A stretch of 37,576 bases of DNA from Candidatus Omnitrophota bacterium (GTDB lineage Bacteria > Ratteibacteria > UBA8468 > MWAK01): the NCBI GenBank assembly GCA_043797665.1, contig JAZDPL010000067.1, positions 1 to 37,576 on the forward strand. The letters are read 5' to 3'. How positions within the stretch are numbered: the stretch's first letter is position 1; every line of letters starts with the position of its first letter. Below the pieces are notes generated by a model, which was given only the letters and a program-made list of their open reading frames with translations, ran no database searches and had not been told where the DNA came from. The position numbers were made by a program, and so were the translations under genes. This document shows, piece by piece, positions 1 to 8,592 of the stretch.

Positions 1-107
1 CGGAGAAAAGAAAACTTAAATTTCAATCAGCCGGAGATTACGTAAAGGTTACGGTCCCGGAAGTCAAGGGCTACCAGATAGTGGTATTTGAGTAATAAGG
101 GGGAGGG

Positions 108-1139
108 ATGAAGGCGGCGGTTACGGAAGGTCAAGGGGATATAAAGTTGGTGGAAGTACCGATGCCAGAAACGGGTCCTTACCAGTGCCTGTGCAAAACA
201 ATAGCCTGTGCTACCTGTACCGGTACTGACCAGAAAATTATCGGGCATAAACTGCCCTGGTACCAGGACTATCCAGGGATTGTGGGACACGAAAGTATCG
301 GCCAGGTGATTAAAACCGGCAATAAGGTCAGAAATATCAAAGAAGGTGAACTTGTTTTCCGGCCAACCGCGGTTTACCAGGGTGAAAAATTAGGTGATTA
401 CTATTCGCTCTGGGGTGGATTTGCGGAGTACGGTCTGGTAACCGACGGACAGGCTCTCCAGGAGGATTTCCCTAAAAAGGAACTCCATTTCTACGTTCAG
501 TTTCAGATGAAACTTCCCCGAAATCTGCCGGTCTCACCGACTGATGCCACGATGCTTATCACGTTGAAGGAAACCGCGGGTTTCGTAATGAGCCTTAAGT
601 CTACTTTAAATACCAGCCTGGTAATTTTAGGAACCGGAGCGGTAGGGATGTCGATGTGTTTCTTCGCTAAATTAATCGGCGCTTATCCGATTATCGTGAT
701 TGGACGCCGGGACGAAGCGTTAGAAAGAATGAAGAAGTTCGGCGCAAACTTTCTGATTAACAACCAGAAAGAAGATATAACCGGGAAAGTCAAAGAATAT
801 ACCGACGGCAAAGGCGTGGAACTGGTCATAGATACCGCGGGAGACGAAAAACTCCTATCAGAATCCGTAGGCATCCTTTCAGAAACCGGTAAGGTGGCGG
901 TTTATGCAACTTTCGAAACAAGCAACCCCATTCAAAATTTAGACCAGAATAAGATTGCTCAAGGCGTCACCGGTGAGGTTCAGGCACAGAATTATATGTG
1001 CGACCTGGTGCGTCTAAATTTAATTCCGCTAAAAGATTTCTATTCCCACCAAATGCCGTTCAGCGAAATTGTAAAGGGATTTGAGATGTTAAAGAAGAAA
1101 GAAGCGTTTAAGATTGCCTTTGAAATGGGAGATGCGTGA
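108..1139 (+). CDS. Zn-dependent medium-chain dehydrogenase/reductase (sugar/polyol dehydrogenase-like)
   Basis: 343 aa; CTGTD and GHE catalytic-Zn motifs, GTGAVG Rossmann motif; lacks the 4-Cys structural-Zn lobe; GGGAGG RBS upstream. Confidence 0.85.
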   Translation: MKAAVTEGQGDIKLVEVPMPETGPYQCLCKTIACATCTGTDQKIIGHKLPWYQDYPGIVGHESIGQVIKTGNKVRNIKEGELVFRPTAVYQGEKLGDYYSLWGGFAEYGLVTDGQALQEDFPKKELHFYVQFQMKLPRNLPVSPTDATMLITLKETAGFVMSLKSTLNTSLVILGTGAVGMSMCFFAKLIGAYPIIVIGRRDEALERMKKFGANFLINNQKEDITGKVKEYTDGKGVELVIDTAGDEKLLSESVGILSETGKVAVYATFETSNPIQNLDQNKIAQGVTGEVQAQNYMCDLVRLNLIPLKDFYSHQMPFSEIVKGFEMLKKKEAFKIAFEMGDA

Positions 1140-2140
1140 TGAAGACGCAGGCAATAGTATTTCCGGAACCCAACAAGTTCGAAATGACCGAATTGGAGTT
1201 GGAAGAACCCGGACCAAAGGACATCGTGGTAAAAACGTTGCTATCAGCCATTTCACCCGGGACAGAGAGATGGCTTCTCCGGGGAAAACATATTGGCAGC
1301 CAGTTTCCTTGTGTTCCGGGTTACCAGCAAATCGGAATCGTGGAGGAATGCGGAAAAGAAGCAACAAACTTCAAGGTCGGAGACATCGTCTACGGAAGCG
1401 CCGGCCGGTGGAAAGGAAACATCGTCTCAATGTGGGGAGCGCACGTGGGCCTTTCGGTTGGTGGATGGACCGGCTATCGGTTTGTCGCATCCTCATTATT
1501 AAACCGACTGGAATTAGAAACCTTATCTTTTGCGATTGCGGCTGGAGTTGCCAACCGGGGAATCAGTTTCTGCAACGTCGGCGCAACGCAGAAAGTCCTG
1601 ATTATCGGCGCCGGATTTATCGGAATCTGTGCGGCTCAGTTAGCCGCCGGACGCGGTGCTCACCCGGTCCTCCTGGAACAGGACACCGAACGGGTTGCCT
1701 TCGCAAAAAATTTAATTTCAGATGTGTTGTGTACCGACGACAAAAATTTAGAGGCGGAACTTCAGAAACTGGCTCCAGCCGGATTTGATATCCTCTACGA
1801 CACGGTCGGACATGCTCCGACAACCGACCGGATGGTACAACAGATGAAGAAACAGGGTACGCTCCTTCTCCAGGCACAGTACTTTGACCGGGAACGTTGT
1901 GCGCTCAATCTGGACCAGATTAAAATTCGGGAACTGACCGTAAAGACCACCTGCGGTATCGACGACCAGGACTGGTTGGAGACAACCCATTATATCAGAA
2001 CGCGGCATCTGAAAATTGCGCCGTTGATTACACACCGATTTGAAGCAAAGGATGCGCTGAAAGGATATCAATTGTTACATACAGGCAAGCCGTTGAATAT
2101 GGGCATTGTCTTTCGCTGGGACGAAAGAGTAAGAGATTAA
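1139..2140 (+). CDS. MDR-family dehydrogenase, ISPGTE/PGY subtype (BchC-like fold)
   Basis: ISPGTE and PGY replace the usual CxxD/GHE motifs; GAGFIG nucleotide-binding motif; ATG 1139 overlaps the upstream TGA (alternative GTG at 1136). Confidence 0.8.
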   Translation: MKTQAIVFPEPNKFEMTELELEEPGPKDIVVKTLLSAISPGTERWLLRGKHIGSQFPCVPGYQQIGIVEECGKEATNFKVGDIVYGSAGRWKGNIVSMWGAHVGLSVGGWTGYRFVASSLLNRLELETLSFAIAAGVANRGISFCNVGATQKVLIIGAGFIGICAAQLAAGRGAHPVLLEQDTERVAFAKNLISDVLCTDDKNLEAELQKLAPAGFDILYDTVGHAPTTDRMVQQMKKQGTLLLQAQYFDRERCALNLDQIKIRELTVKTTCGIDDQDWLETTHYIRTRHLKIAPLITHRFEAKDALKGYQLLHTGKPLNMGIVFRWDERVRD

Positions 2141-2143
2141 TCC

Positions 2144-2236
2144 GTCATTCTGAACAGAGTGAAGAATCTAAGATAGATCCTTCGCTACACTCAGGACGAC
2201 ACAGTACGTCGGATCCTTCGTTTCACTCAGAATGAC
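2144..2236. repeat. REP-like palindromic repeat cluster (GTC-tagged), copy A
   Basis: GTCATTCTGAACAGAGTGAAGAATC followed by two complementary-type units (GATCCTTCG..CACTCAG.A.GAC); its reverse complement matches 3469-3561. Confidence 0.8.
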
Positions 2237-2264
2237 ACTAATGGTCATCGAATAAGGGAGGATT

Positions 2265-3422
2265 ATGAAGAACAGATTGCCGGATAAGGAATTTAAGGTA
2301 AGGTGGCAGAAAGTTCAGGAAGAGGTCAAAAATAGAGGTTTGGATTTTCTCTTGGCCCACTCCCACGAAGCGGATTTCGCCAACGTGCGTTACCTCTCTG
2401 ATTACTGGCCTATCTTTGAATCGGCCGGAGTACTGGTACCGGCAGAAGGAGAACCGGTGTTGTTAATCGGACCGGAGAGTGAAACCTTTGCCCAAGACCG
2501 CAGCCGAATCAAAAAGATTTATAAATTAGTGGAGTACCGGGAGAGCGCGGAACCGGACTATCCGGACATCAAGGTAGCCACATTTGAAAACATCTTTAAA
2601 GAGATTATGCCCGGAAAAAAGATAAAGAAAATCGGCCTCTCCGGTTACCAGATATTTCCCCTGCCGATTTACGAAAGCCTGAAAAAAGCCGCGCCTGAGG
2701 CAGAGATAGTAAAGAGCGACATCGTGGCTGACCTGCGGATAATCAAAAGCCCGGCGGAATTAGAGATGCTGAGGGAGAGTTTCCGCATTTCAGAGATAGC
2801 GCTTAAGAATACGCTTAAGCAGTTAAAACCCTCGATGACCGAACTGCAGGTGGTGGGTATCATCGAAAAAGAATTCTACACTCTCGGCGCAGAATATGAG
2901 GCACACCCCCAGTACGTATTGGCCGGCAGGAGTTCCACCCACGCCATCGGCAGGCCAGGCTACCAGAAATTGGGCCGGAAGAATCTGGTGCAGTTGGACG
3001 TAGGTGCCCGGGTGGCCGGCTACTCCGGCAGTGTGGGACGTCCGGTCTGCATCGGCAGGATGTCGTCAGAGATGCGCCGGTTAGTTCAGGCCGGTCTGGA
3101 TATGCATCTGAAGACGATGGAGTGGATTAAGGCCGGGGTAATCGCCGGGGACGTGACCAAAAAGTTTTTTGCGTATGCGGAAAAATTGGGTGTACGCCGG
3201 AACGCCCTTTACGGACCCTGCCACGGCTTGGGTATGATTGAAGTGGAGAGGCCCTGGATGGAATCACACTCAAACTATCCGCTTCAGGAAAATATGACCT
3301 TCCAGGTGGATACGTTCCTCTATAATCAGAATTTCGGTCTGCGCTGGGAGAACGGAATCAGGGTAACGAAAAACGGCGTAGAAATATTTTCGGATATACT
3401 ACAAAAGATAATTGAGATTTGA
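2265..3422 (+). CDS. M24-family (Xaa-Pro aminopeptidase/creatinase-like) hydrolase
   Basis: 385 aa; creatinase-type N-domain (NVRYLS), LRIIKSPAELE, CHGLGM and GLRWENG motifs; GGAGG RBS. Confidence 0.85.
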   Translation: MKNRLPDKEFKVRWQKVQEEVKNRGLDFLLAHSHEADFANVRYLSDYWPIFESAGVLVPAEGEPVLLIGPESETFAQDRSRIKKIYKLVEYRESAEPDYPDIKVATFENIFKEIMPGKKIKKIGLSGYQIFPLPIYESLKKAAPEAEIVKSDIVADLRIIKSPAELEMLRESFRISEIALKNTLKQLKPSMTELQVVGIIEKEFYTLGAEYEAHPQYVLAGRSSTHAIGRPGYQKLGRKNLVQLDVGARVAGYSGSVGRPVCIGRMSSEMRRLVQAGLDMHLKTMEWIKAGVIAGDVTKKFFAYAEKLGVRRNALYGPCHGLGMIEVERPWMESHSNYPLQENMTFQVDTFLYNQNFGLRWENGIRVTKNGVEIFSDILQKIIEI

Positions 3423-3431
3423 TGTTAAGGT

Positions 3432-3585
3432 ATCACCCTGAGCGACAGAGAAGGATCCGACGTAGTATGTCGTTCTGAGCGAAGCGAAGAATCCGACGTA
3501 CTGTGTCGTCCTGAGCGTAGCGAAGGATATATCTTGGATTCTTCACTCTGTTCAGAATGACATGAAGCGAAAGCCTCAGAATGAC
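3432..3585. repeat. REP-like palindromic repeat cluster, copy B (inverted relative to A, with extra degenerate units)
   Basis: Three units resembling GTC.T.CTGAGCG.AGCGAAG.AT, then GATTCTTCACTCTGTTCAGAATGAC and a partial CTCAGAATGAC. Confidence 0.8.
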
Positions 3586-3598
3586 AAGGGAAGAAAAA

Positions 3599-4492
3599 AT
3601 GGGAAAGGTGAAGGTGGTTATCGGGATTGACGTGGAAACGGACGTGGGCAGTTGGACCCCCTATTATCAGGGTGTGGAAAAGGGAATTCCGATTCTTCTG
3701 GATATCTTTCAGAGGCAGCAGGTAAAGGCGACTTTCTTTTTTACCGGAGATGTTGCGGAGAAATTTCCGAAGAGTACCCGCCCGGTATTAAAGTCCGGAC
3801 ATGAAGTTGGTTGTCATACGCTATACCACGAAACCGTGGGTGACGAACTGTTTCCGATTCCGGGAGTGAAACCGCTCCTGCCGGAAGAAGTGTTCCTGAG
3901 GCTAAAAAAAGCAACCGAATTAGTGGAGAAGACTGCTGGAGTAAAACCGGTCTCTTTCCGGGCACCCAGGCTCTGGGGAAGCACGGCCATGGTGAATGCC
4001 CTGGAAAAATTAGGGTATAAAGCGGACGCCTCTTATCCGCTCTATTTTTACCGGAAGAGGCTCTTTCCCTACCATCCTAATCGGAAGAACTGGTTAGAAG
4101 AAGGTGAAAGCAGGGTTTTGGAAATCCCGAACTTTGCCGACATCAGTCAGAAAAGTAACGACCCTTTCGGAAGGGACCTGGACCAGTGGCCCACGTTTAG
4201 GACAGAAGGGGCAAAAGTGCTGATGAAAAAGGTCAAAAGATTTGTGGATTATGTACGGAAAGTCAGCCAAGGAAAGAAAGAACCGGTCATCTGCTTCTAC
4301 TTCCATCCCTGGGAATTTGTTCCGATGGCTAAAAAGTTTCACTACGGCGAGGGAACGGTAATCCCGGATTACTTCTGCGTCAAAAACTGCGGTCCGAAAG
4401 CGGCTCAGGAATTGGAGCGGATGATAGTCAGCCTTAAAGAAGAGTACTCCGCGCAATTTTTGACTGCTGGAGGGCTGGCGGACATCTGGTAA
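3599..4492 (+). CDS. Polysaccharide deacetylase (CE4/NodB-like)
   Basis: IDVETD, GCHTLYHE, SFRAP and YFHPWE motifs; ATG 3599 preferred because ATG 3581 lies inside the repeat. Confidence 0.85.
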   Translation: MGKVKVVIGIDVETDVGSWTPYYQGVEKGIPILLDIFQRQQVKATFFFTGDVAEKFPKSTRPVLKSGHEVGCHTLYHETVGDELFPIPGVKPLLPEEVFLRLKKATELVEKTAGVKPVSFRAPRLWGSTAMVNALEKLGYKADASYPLYFYRKRLFPYHPNRKNWLEEGESRVLEIPNFADISQKSNDPFGRDLDQWPTFRTEGAKVLMKKVKRFVDYVRKVSQGKKEPVICFYFHPWEFVPMAKKFHYGEGTVIPDYFCVKNCGPKAAQELERMIVSLKEEYSAQFLTAGGLADIW

Positions 4493-4532
4493 AACGCAGG
4501 ATTCCTGATAGAAACATGCAGGAATACGGGTC

Positions 4533-4556
4533 CCCTTTCCATAGGATTGGAAAGGG
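4533..4556. terminator. Hairpin between convergent genes, possible terminator
   Basis: CCCTTTCCA-taggat-TGGAAAGGG, a 9-bp stem; no clear U-tract. Confidence 0.4.
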
Positions 4557-4601
4557 CAAGAAGCGGAACGGGGTTGACTGAGTATTTACTATCACTCTTA
4601 C

Positions 4602-5618
4602 TTATCCCACAACCCGGTGAACCGCCTGGATAATCTTTTCGGAACTTGGTATATAGAAATTTTCCATGATGGGCGCAAAAGGTACCGGTGTATCGGGTGC
4701 GGCCACTCTAATTACAGGGGCATCAAGAACATCCAGAGCCTTTTCCGAAACTAACGCCGCGACTTCCGCGCCCCAGCCTCCCCTTAAGGTGTCCTCGTGT
4801 ACGATAATCAGTCGATGGGTTTTCTCTATGGAGTGAATGAGGGTTTCCAGGTCGAAGGGAACCAGAGAGACCGGGTCAATTACTTCAACACTGATACCTT
4901 CAGATTCAATCTTCTCCGCAGCCTCTAACGCACGATATACCATCAGAAGATTAGCCAGGATAGTAACATCCGAACCTTTACGTTTTATCTTCGCTTTCCC
5001 GAAAGGAACCAGATATTCTTCTTCCGGTACCTCTGAGATGGGTGAAAGAGCACCCTTTTCCGACCGGACTCCCTTACTCCCATAAAGGAGTTTATGTTCA
5101 AATATTAAGACGGGATTATCATCTCTGACCGCAGACTTTAAAATCCCTTTGGCATCATAGGCATTGGAAGGACAGGCAATTTTTAATCCCGGAACATGGA
5201 CAAAATAGGATTCCGGAGACTGGGCATGCTGACAACCTCTGGTGGTTGCTCCTACCGGGGCACGCAGAACGATGGGAATTTTAACACTGCCTCCCGACAT
5301 AAAGCAGAATTTTGCCGCCTGATTAACCAACTGGTCCATCATACAGAATATAAAATCTGAGTACTGAACATCGGCGATTGGCCTCATTCCACCAATCGCC
5401 GCACCTATAGCCGCACCAGCGATGCCAATCTCCGAAATTGGAGTATCAATTATTCTTTCGTGTCCAAACTCCTTTTCCAAGCCGAGGGTTACCGTGAAAG
5501 CGCCTCCAAATCCCCCTTCAATTCCGATATCCTCTCCAATACAAAATACTCTTTCATCCCGGCGCATCTCTTCCGCAATGGCTTCACGGAGAGATTCCAC
5601 TATTGATAATCTCCTCAT
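4602..5618 (-). CDS. 2-oxoacid/acetoin dehydrogenase E1 beta subunit
   Basis: 338 aa; GEDIG, DTPISE, QHAQS, FEHKLLY and DTPVPF motifs typical of PdhB/AcoB. Confidence 0.92.
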   Translation of the reverse strand: MRRLSIVESLREAIAEEMRRDERVFCIGEDIGIEGGFGGAFTVTLGLEKEFGHERIIDTPISEIGIAGAAIGAAIGGMRPIADVQYSDFIFCMMDQLVNQAAKFCFMSGGSVKIPIVLRAPVGATTRGCQHAQSPESYFVHVPGLKIACPSNAYDAKGILKSAVRDDNPVLIFEHKLLYGSKGVRSEKGALSPISEVPEEEYLVPFGKAKIKRKGSDVTILANLLMVYRALEAAEKIESEGISVEVIDPVSLVPFDLETLIHSIEKTHRLIIVHEDTLRGGWGAEVAALVSEKALDVLDAPVIRVAAPDTPVPFAPIMENFYIPSSEKIIQAVHRVVG

Positions 5619-5621
5619 AGC

Positions 5622-6593
5622 TCATTCCCCTTCATAATAAACATATTTAAGAGCATCCTCTGGTTTATGGTCGGTACAGGAAGAAATATATTCCACGGCA
5701 TTTTCTATTTCCCGGTTCACTCTTTTCTCGATGTTCTGAATTTCTTCTTCCGAAAAGATTTTCTCCTTAATCAATCGCTCCTTCAAAATATTAACCGGAT
5801 TCCTGGCAAGCCATCTCTTCTCCTCCTCCTTATCCCGGTAATTGCAGGCATCCCCGCGGGAATGACCCCCCTTCCGATAGGTCTTACATTCTATCAGGGT
5901 GGGACCTTCCCCGTTGCGTGCCTTTTCCACCGCCTTCCGGGACTTTTCATAGACATCAATGACATCGTTGCCATCGGCTATTACTCCCTCCATTCCATAA
6001 GCAGAAGCCCTTTCCGCAAGATTCTTTAACTTACAAACTTTGGAGATATGGGTAGACGCTCCATAGAGGTTATTCTCGCAGACAAAAATTACCGGGAGAT
6101 TCCAAATAGCAGATATGTTAAGTCCTTCATGAAAGGCTCCTTCGTTGGTTGCCCCATCTCCAAAAAAGCACGCGGCCACATTTTTTTTCTTCCTTAATTT
6201 ATAGGAAAGCCCGATTCCGACGGAAATAGGTATTCCTCCTCCCACGATGGCAACGGCAGGCACTGCCCCAACCTTAATATCGCCAACATGCATGGAACCA
6301 CCATAGCCCTTACAGCACCCTTCGGTTTTACCGTAAAGTTCCGCCATCATGGATTTTATTGAGACACCCTTGGCAATGGCGTGACCATGGGGACGATGGG
6401 TACTGGTGATATAATCTTCTTTGGTCAAATTCTCACACACCCCAACGGCGACAGCCTCCTGACCTGCATAAAGATGAATAGTCCCGGGTATCTTTCCTTC
6501 CAAAAAGAGGTGATAAAGCCTTTCCTCAAATTCTCCGATTAATTTCATTTTGTAATAAATTCTTCCACCAAAATCTTTATCCAGTTTTTTCAT
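5622..6593 (-). CDS. ThDP-dependent dehydrogenase E1 alpha subunit (PdhA/AcoA-like)
   Basis: HLYAGQEA, STHRPHGH, GGSMH and GDGA...ENN ThDP motif; ATG 6593 lies 5 nt after the GH2 stop. Confidence 0.92.
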   Translation of the reverse strand: MKKLDKDFGGRIYYKMKLIGEFEERLYHLFLEGKIPGTIHLYAGQEAVAVGVCENLTKEDYITSTHRPHGHAIAKGVSIKSMMAELYGKTEGCCKGYGGSMHVGDIKVGAVPAVAIVGGGIPISVGIGLSYKLRKKKNVAACFFGDGATNEGAFHEGLNISAIWNLPVIFVCENNLYGASTHISKVCKLKNLAERASAYGMEGVIADGNDVIDVYEKSRKAVEKARNGEGPTLIECKTYRKGGHSRGDACNYRDKEEEKRWLARNPVNILKERLIKEKIFSEEEIQNIEKRVNREIENAVEYISSCTDHKPEDALKYVYYEGE

Positions 6594-6597
6594 AACG

Positions 6598-8556
6598 TTA
6601 CCTGCGGATTTTTCCAAAAGCTTTACACAGGGCTTTGTAAGCCAGTTTGGGTTTACAGGGATATGCGATTACCGCATCCGAAATTTGCGGCCAGCAGTCG
6701 CAGAGATTCCAGAATAGAATACCGCCGCATTCTGGATTTTGGGCCGCAACATTGAACCATTCCACCAGCGCTTCTGCCTGGACTTCCTGGGTGTATTGGA
6801 TAAATTCATCGATGTTCTTCGGGTCTGGTTTTCCATTATTTTTTAAACCATCGTGTAATGCCTGTATCCGGTGACGCCAGCCCACAAACAGGGTATCAGC
6901 CGAATGATACCACCAGACTTTATTATCGGTTGGCCACATCTCCTCTTGGTGGAGAAACTGCCGCAGGACCTCTTTATCCGGACAGGAGATATAACCGGTT
7001 TCACTTATAAATCTGGGACAACAGGGGTTGTGCATAAAATCAGGGTGTTTGTAGTCTGCTCCCTGCATATACTGGTGCCGGTCGCCGGACAGCCGGTCAT
7101 TGGGGTCGCTTTCCAAATTCGGTGAAGAGGGACTGCTGGGCAAATAGACCCTTTCAGGATTCAACCTTTGTAAAATACCGGGTATCAGTTCTCTGGTGAT
7201 TCGGTTAAAGTAGTGGTGTGACCCGTCCCAATTTGTCCACCTTAAATCGCCTTCATTATCTCCGCACCACAGAGCGATGCAGGGATGGTTTCGCAGGTCT
7301 TTGACCACAAACTCCACTTCTTCTTTCAGATTTTCCATGAAATCTTGGTCTTCTTGAGGATAGATAAGACCGTTCAACATAAAGTCCTGCCAGATTAGAA
7401 TACCTAACCGGTCGCACAACTGATAAAACACCTCCTTTTCATAGGTTCCCACACCGCAGACCCGGAGCATATTCGCGTTGCATTCTTTTACCAAGGTTAA
7501 TAATTCTTCATACCTTTTGGTACCGGTCCTGGCAAATATCGCATCCGGAGGCGACCAGTTGAACCCTTTGATAAATATATCTTTTCCGTTGATTCGGAAA
7601 GAGAAGGATGTACCCCCACTTTTCTGGGGTTCCTGCACCAGTTCGACCTTTCTGATACCAAAATCCGATTTTCTGGTATCGATAGCGATTCCCTTTCTTA
7701 AAAGTCTGGCTTGACAGCGATAGAGGTTCTGTTCTCCGTAACCATTCGGCCACCAGAGTCGGGGGTCTTTAATCTGAAACTTAAACCCGATATTATGTTG
7801 CTTCTCAGTAAGTTTAAAGTTTATCCGTTTCGTCTGTCCGCCGACCTGCATTTCAAGTTCCAGTTCAGTACTTCCGCCAACCTCTTTTTGAACCTCAACT
7901 TCACATCCAACTACCGCATTCTGGCGGGATATTTCAAGAGTATGAATATACAAGTCAGTTATCCTAACTTCATCAAATGCGCACAACTCCACATCTTTCC
8001 AGATACCGATGGTAAGTAACCTGGGAGCTATGTCCCAGCCGTAACTTTCAGCCACTTTGCGGGTATAAACGATTAACGGGTCATGAGCACCCGCTTTCCC
8101 TCTTATTTCCGGAGTAACCCCGTATAGAGGTGCAGTCAACTTTACTAAAAGTTCGTTTTCACCTTTCGTCTTTAAATATTTTGTTACATCTATCTCCAGC
8201 GGCGTAAACATATTCTTATGTTTCCCTATCAGTCTTTTGTTCAGAAAGACAGAGGCAAACGTGTCCAGACCGGCAAAGCGCAAATATATGGCCTTACCGG
8301 AAAGGTCTTCGGGAACCACAAAGGATTTTCGATACCACCAGTCCTTACTTTCCATCCATAGACAATGGTCAGTATTTCGGCCGAAGAACGGGTCGTCGAT
8401 CAGACCTGCTTTCATCAGATCAAGATGGACATCGCCAGGAACGACCGCATCCAACCACTTCAGTTCCTTATATTCCCCGATAGCCGTCTCGGAAAGATAT
8501 TTCCCGAAGTAAGTATAAGTGAGATTCCAGATTCCGTTCAAGCTGATTCTTTTCAT
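6598..8556 (-). CDS. GH2 beta-mannosidase-like glycoside hydrolase (short form)
   Basis: VPGDVHLDL, GLDTFA, YGWDIAP, LWWPNGYGEQ, WQDF, WCGDNE (acid/base), FISETG (nucleophile), LCDCWP; no signal peptide. Confidence 0.88.
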   Translation of the reverse strand: MKRISLNGIWNLTYTYFGKYLSETAIGEYKELKWLDAVVPGDVHLDLMKAGLIDDPFFGRNTDHCLWMESKDWWYRKSFVVPEDLSGKAIYLRFAGLDTFASVFLNKRLIGKHKNMFTPLEIDVTKYLKTKGENELLVKLTAPLYGVTPEIRGKAGAHDPLIVYTRKVAESYGWDIAPRLLTIGIWKDVELCAFDEVRITDLYIHTLEISRQNAVVGCEVEVQKEVGGSTELELEMQVGGQTKRINFKLTEKQHNIGFKFQIKDPRLWWPNGYGEQNLYRCQARLLRKGIAIDTRKSDFGIRKVELVQEPQKSGGTSFSFRINGKDIFIKGFNWSPPDAIFARTGTKRYEELLTLVKECNANMLRVCGVGTYEKEVFYQLCDRLGILIWQDFMLNGLIYPQEDQDFMENLKEEVEFVVKDLRNHPCIALWCGDNEGDLRWTNWDGSHHYFNRITRELIPGILQRLNPERVYLPSSPSSPNLESDPNDRLSGDRHQYMQGADYKHPDFMHNPCCPRFISETGYISCPDKEVLRQFLHQEEMWPTDNKVWWYHSADTLFVGWRHRIQALHDGLKNNGKPDPKNIDEFIQYTQEVQAEALVEWFNVAAQNPECGGILFWNLCDCWPQISDAVIAYPCKPKLAYKALCKAFGKIRR

Positions 8557-8592
8557 TTTTCCTCCGGTTTAATGAACATCGGCAATCATTCT

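Noticed and set aside
1139..2140. bchC (bacteriochlorophyll synthesis) assignment
   Set aside because: Only the subfamily motif is shared; there are no photosynthesis genes in context.
3432..3585. Possible CRISPR array
   Set aside because: Units are degenerate and in mixed orientation, spacers are short and similar to each other, and there are no cas genes; a REP-like cluster fits better.
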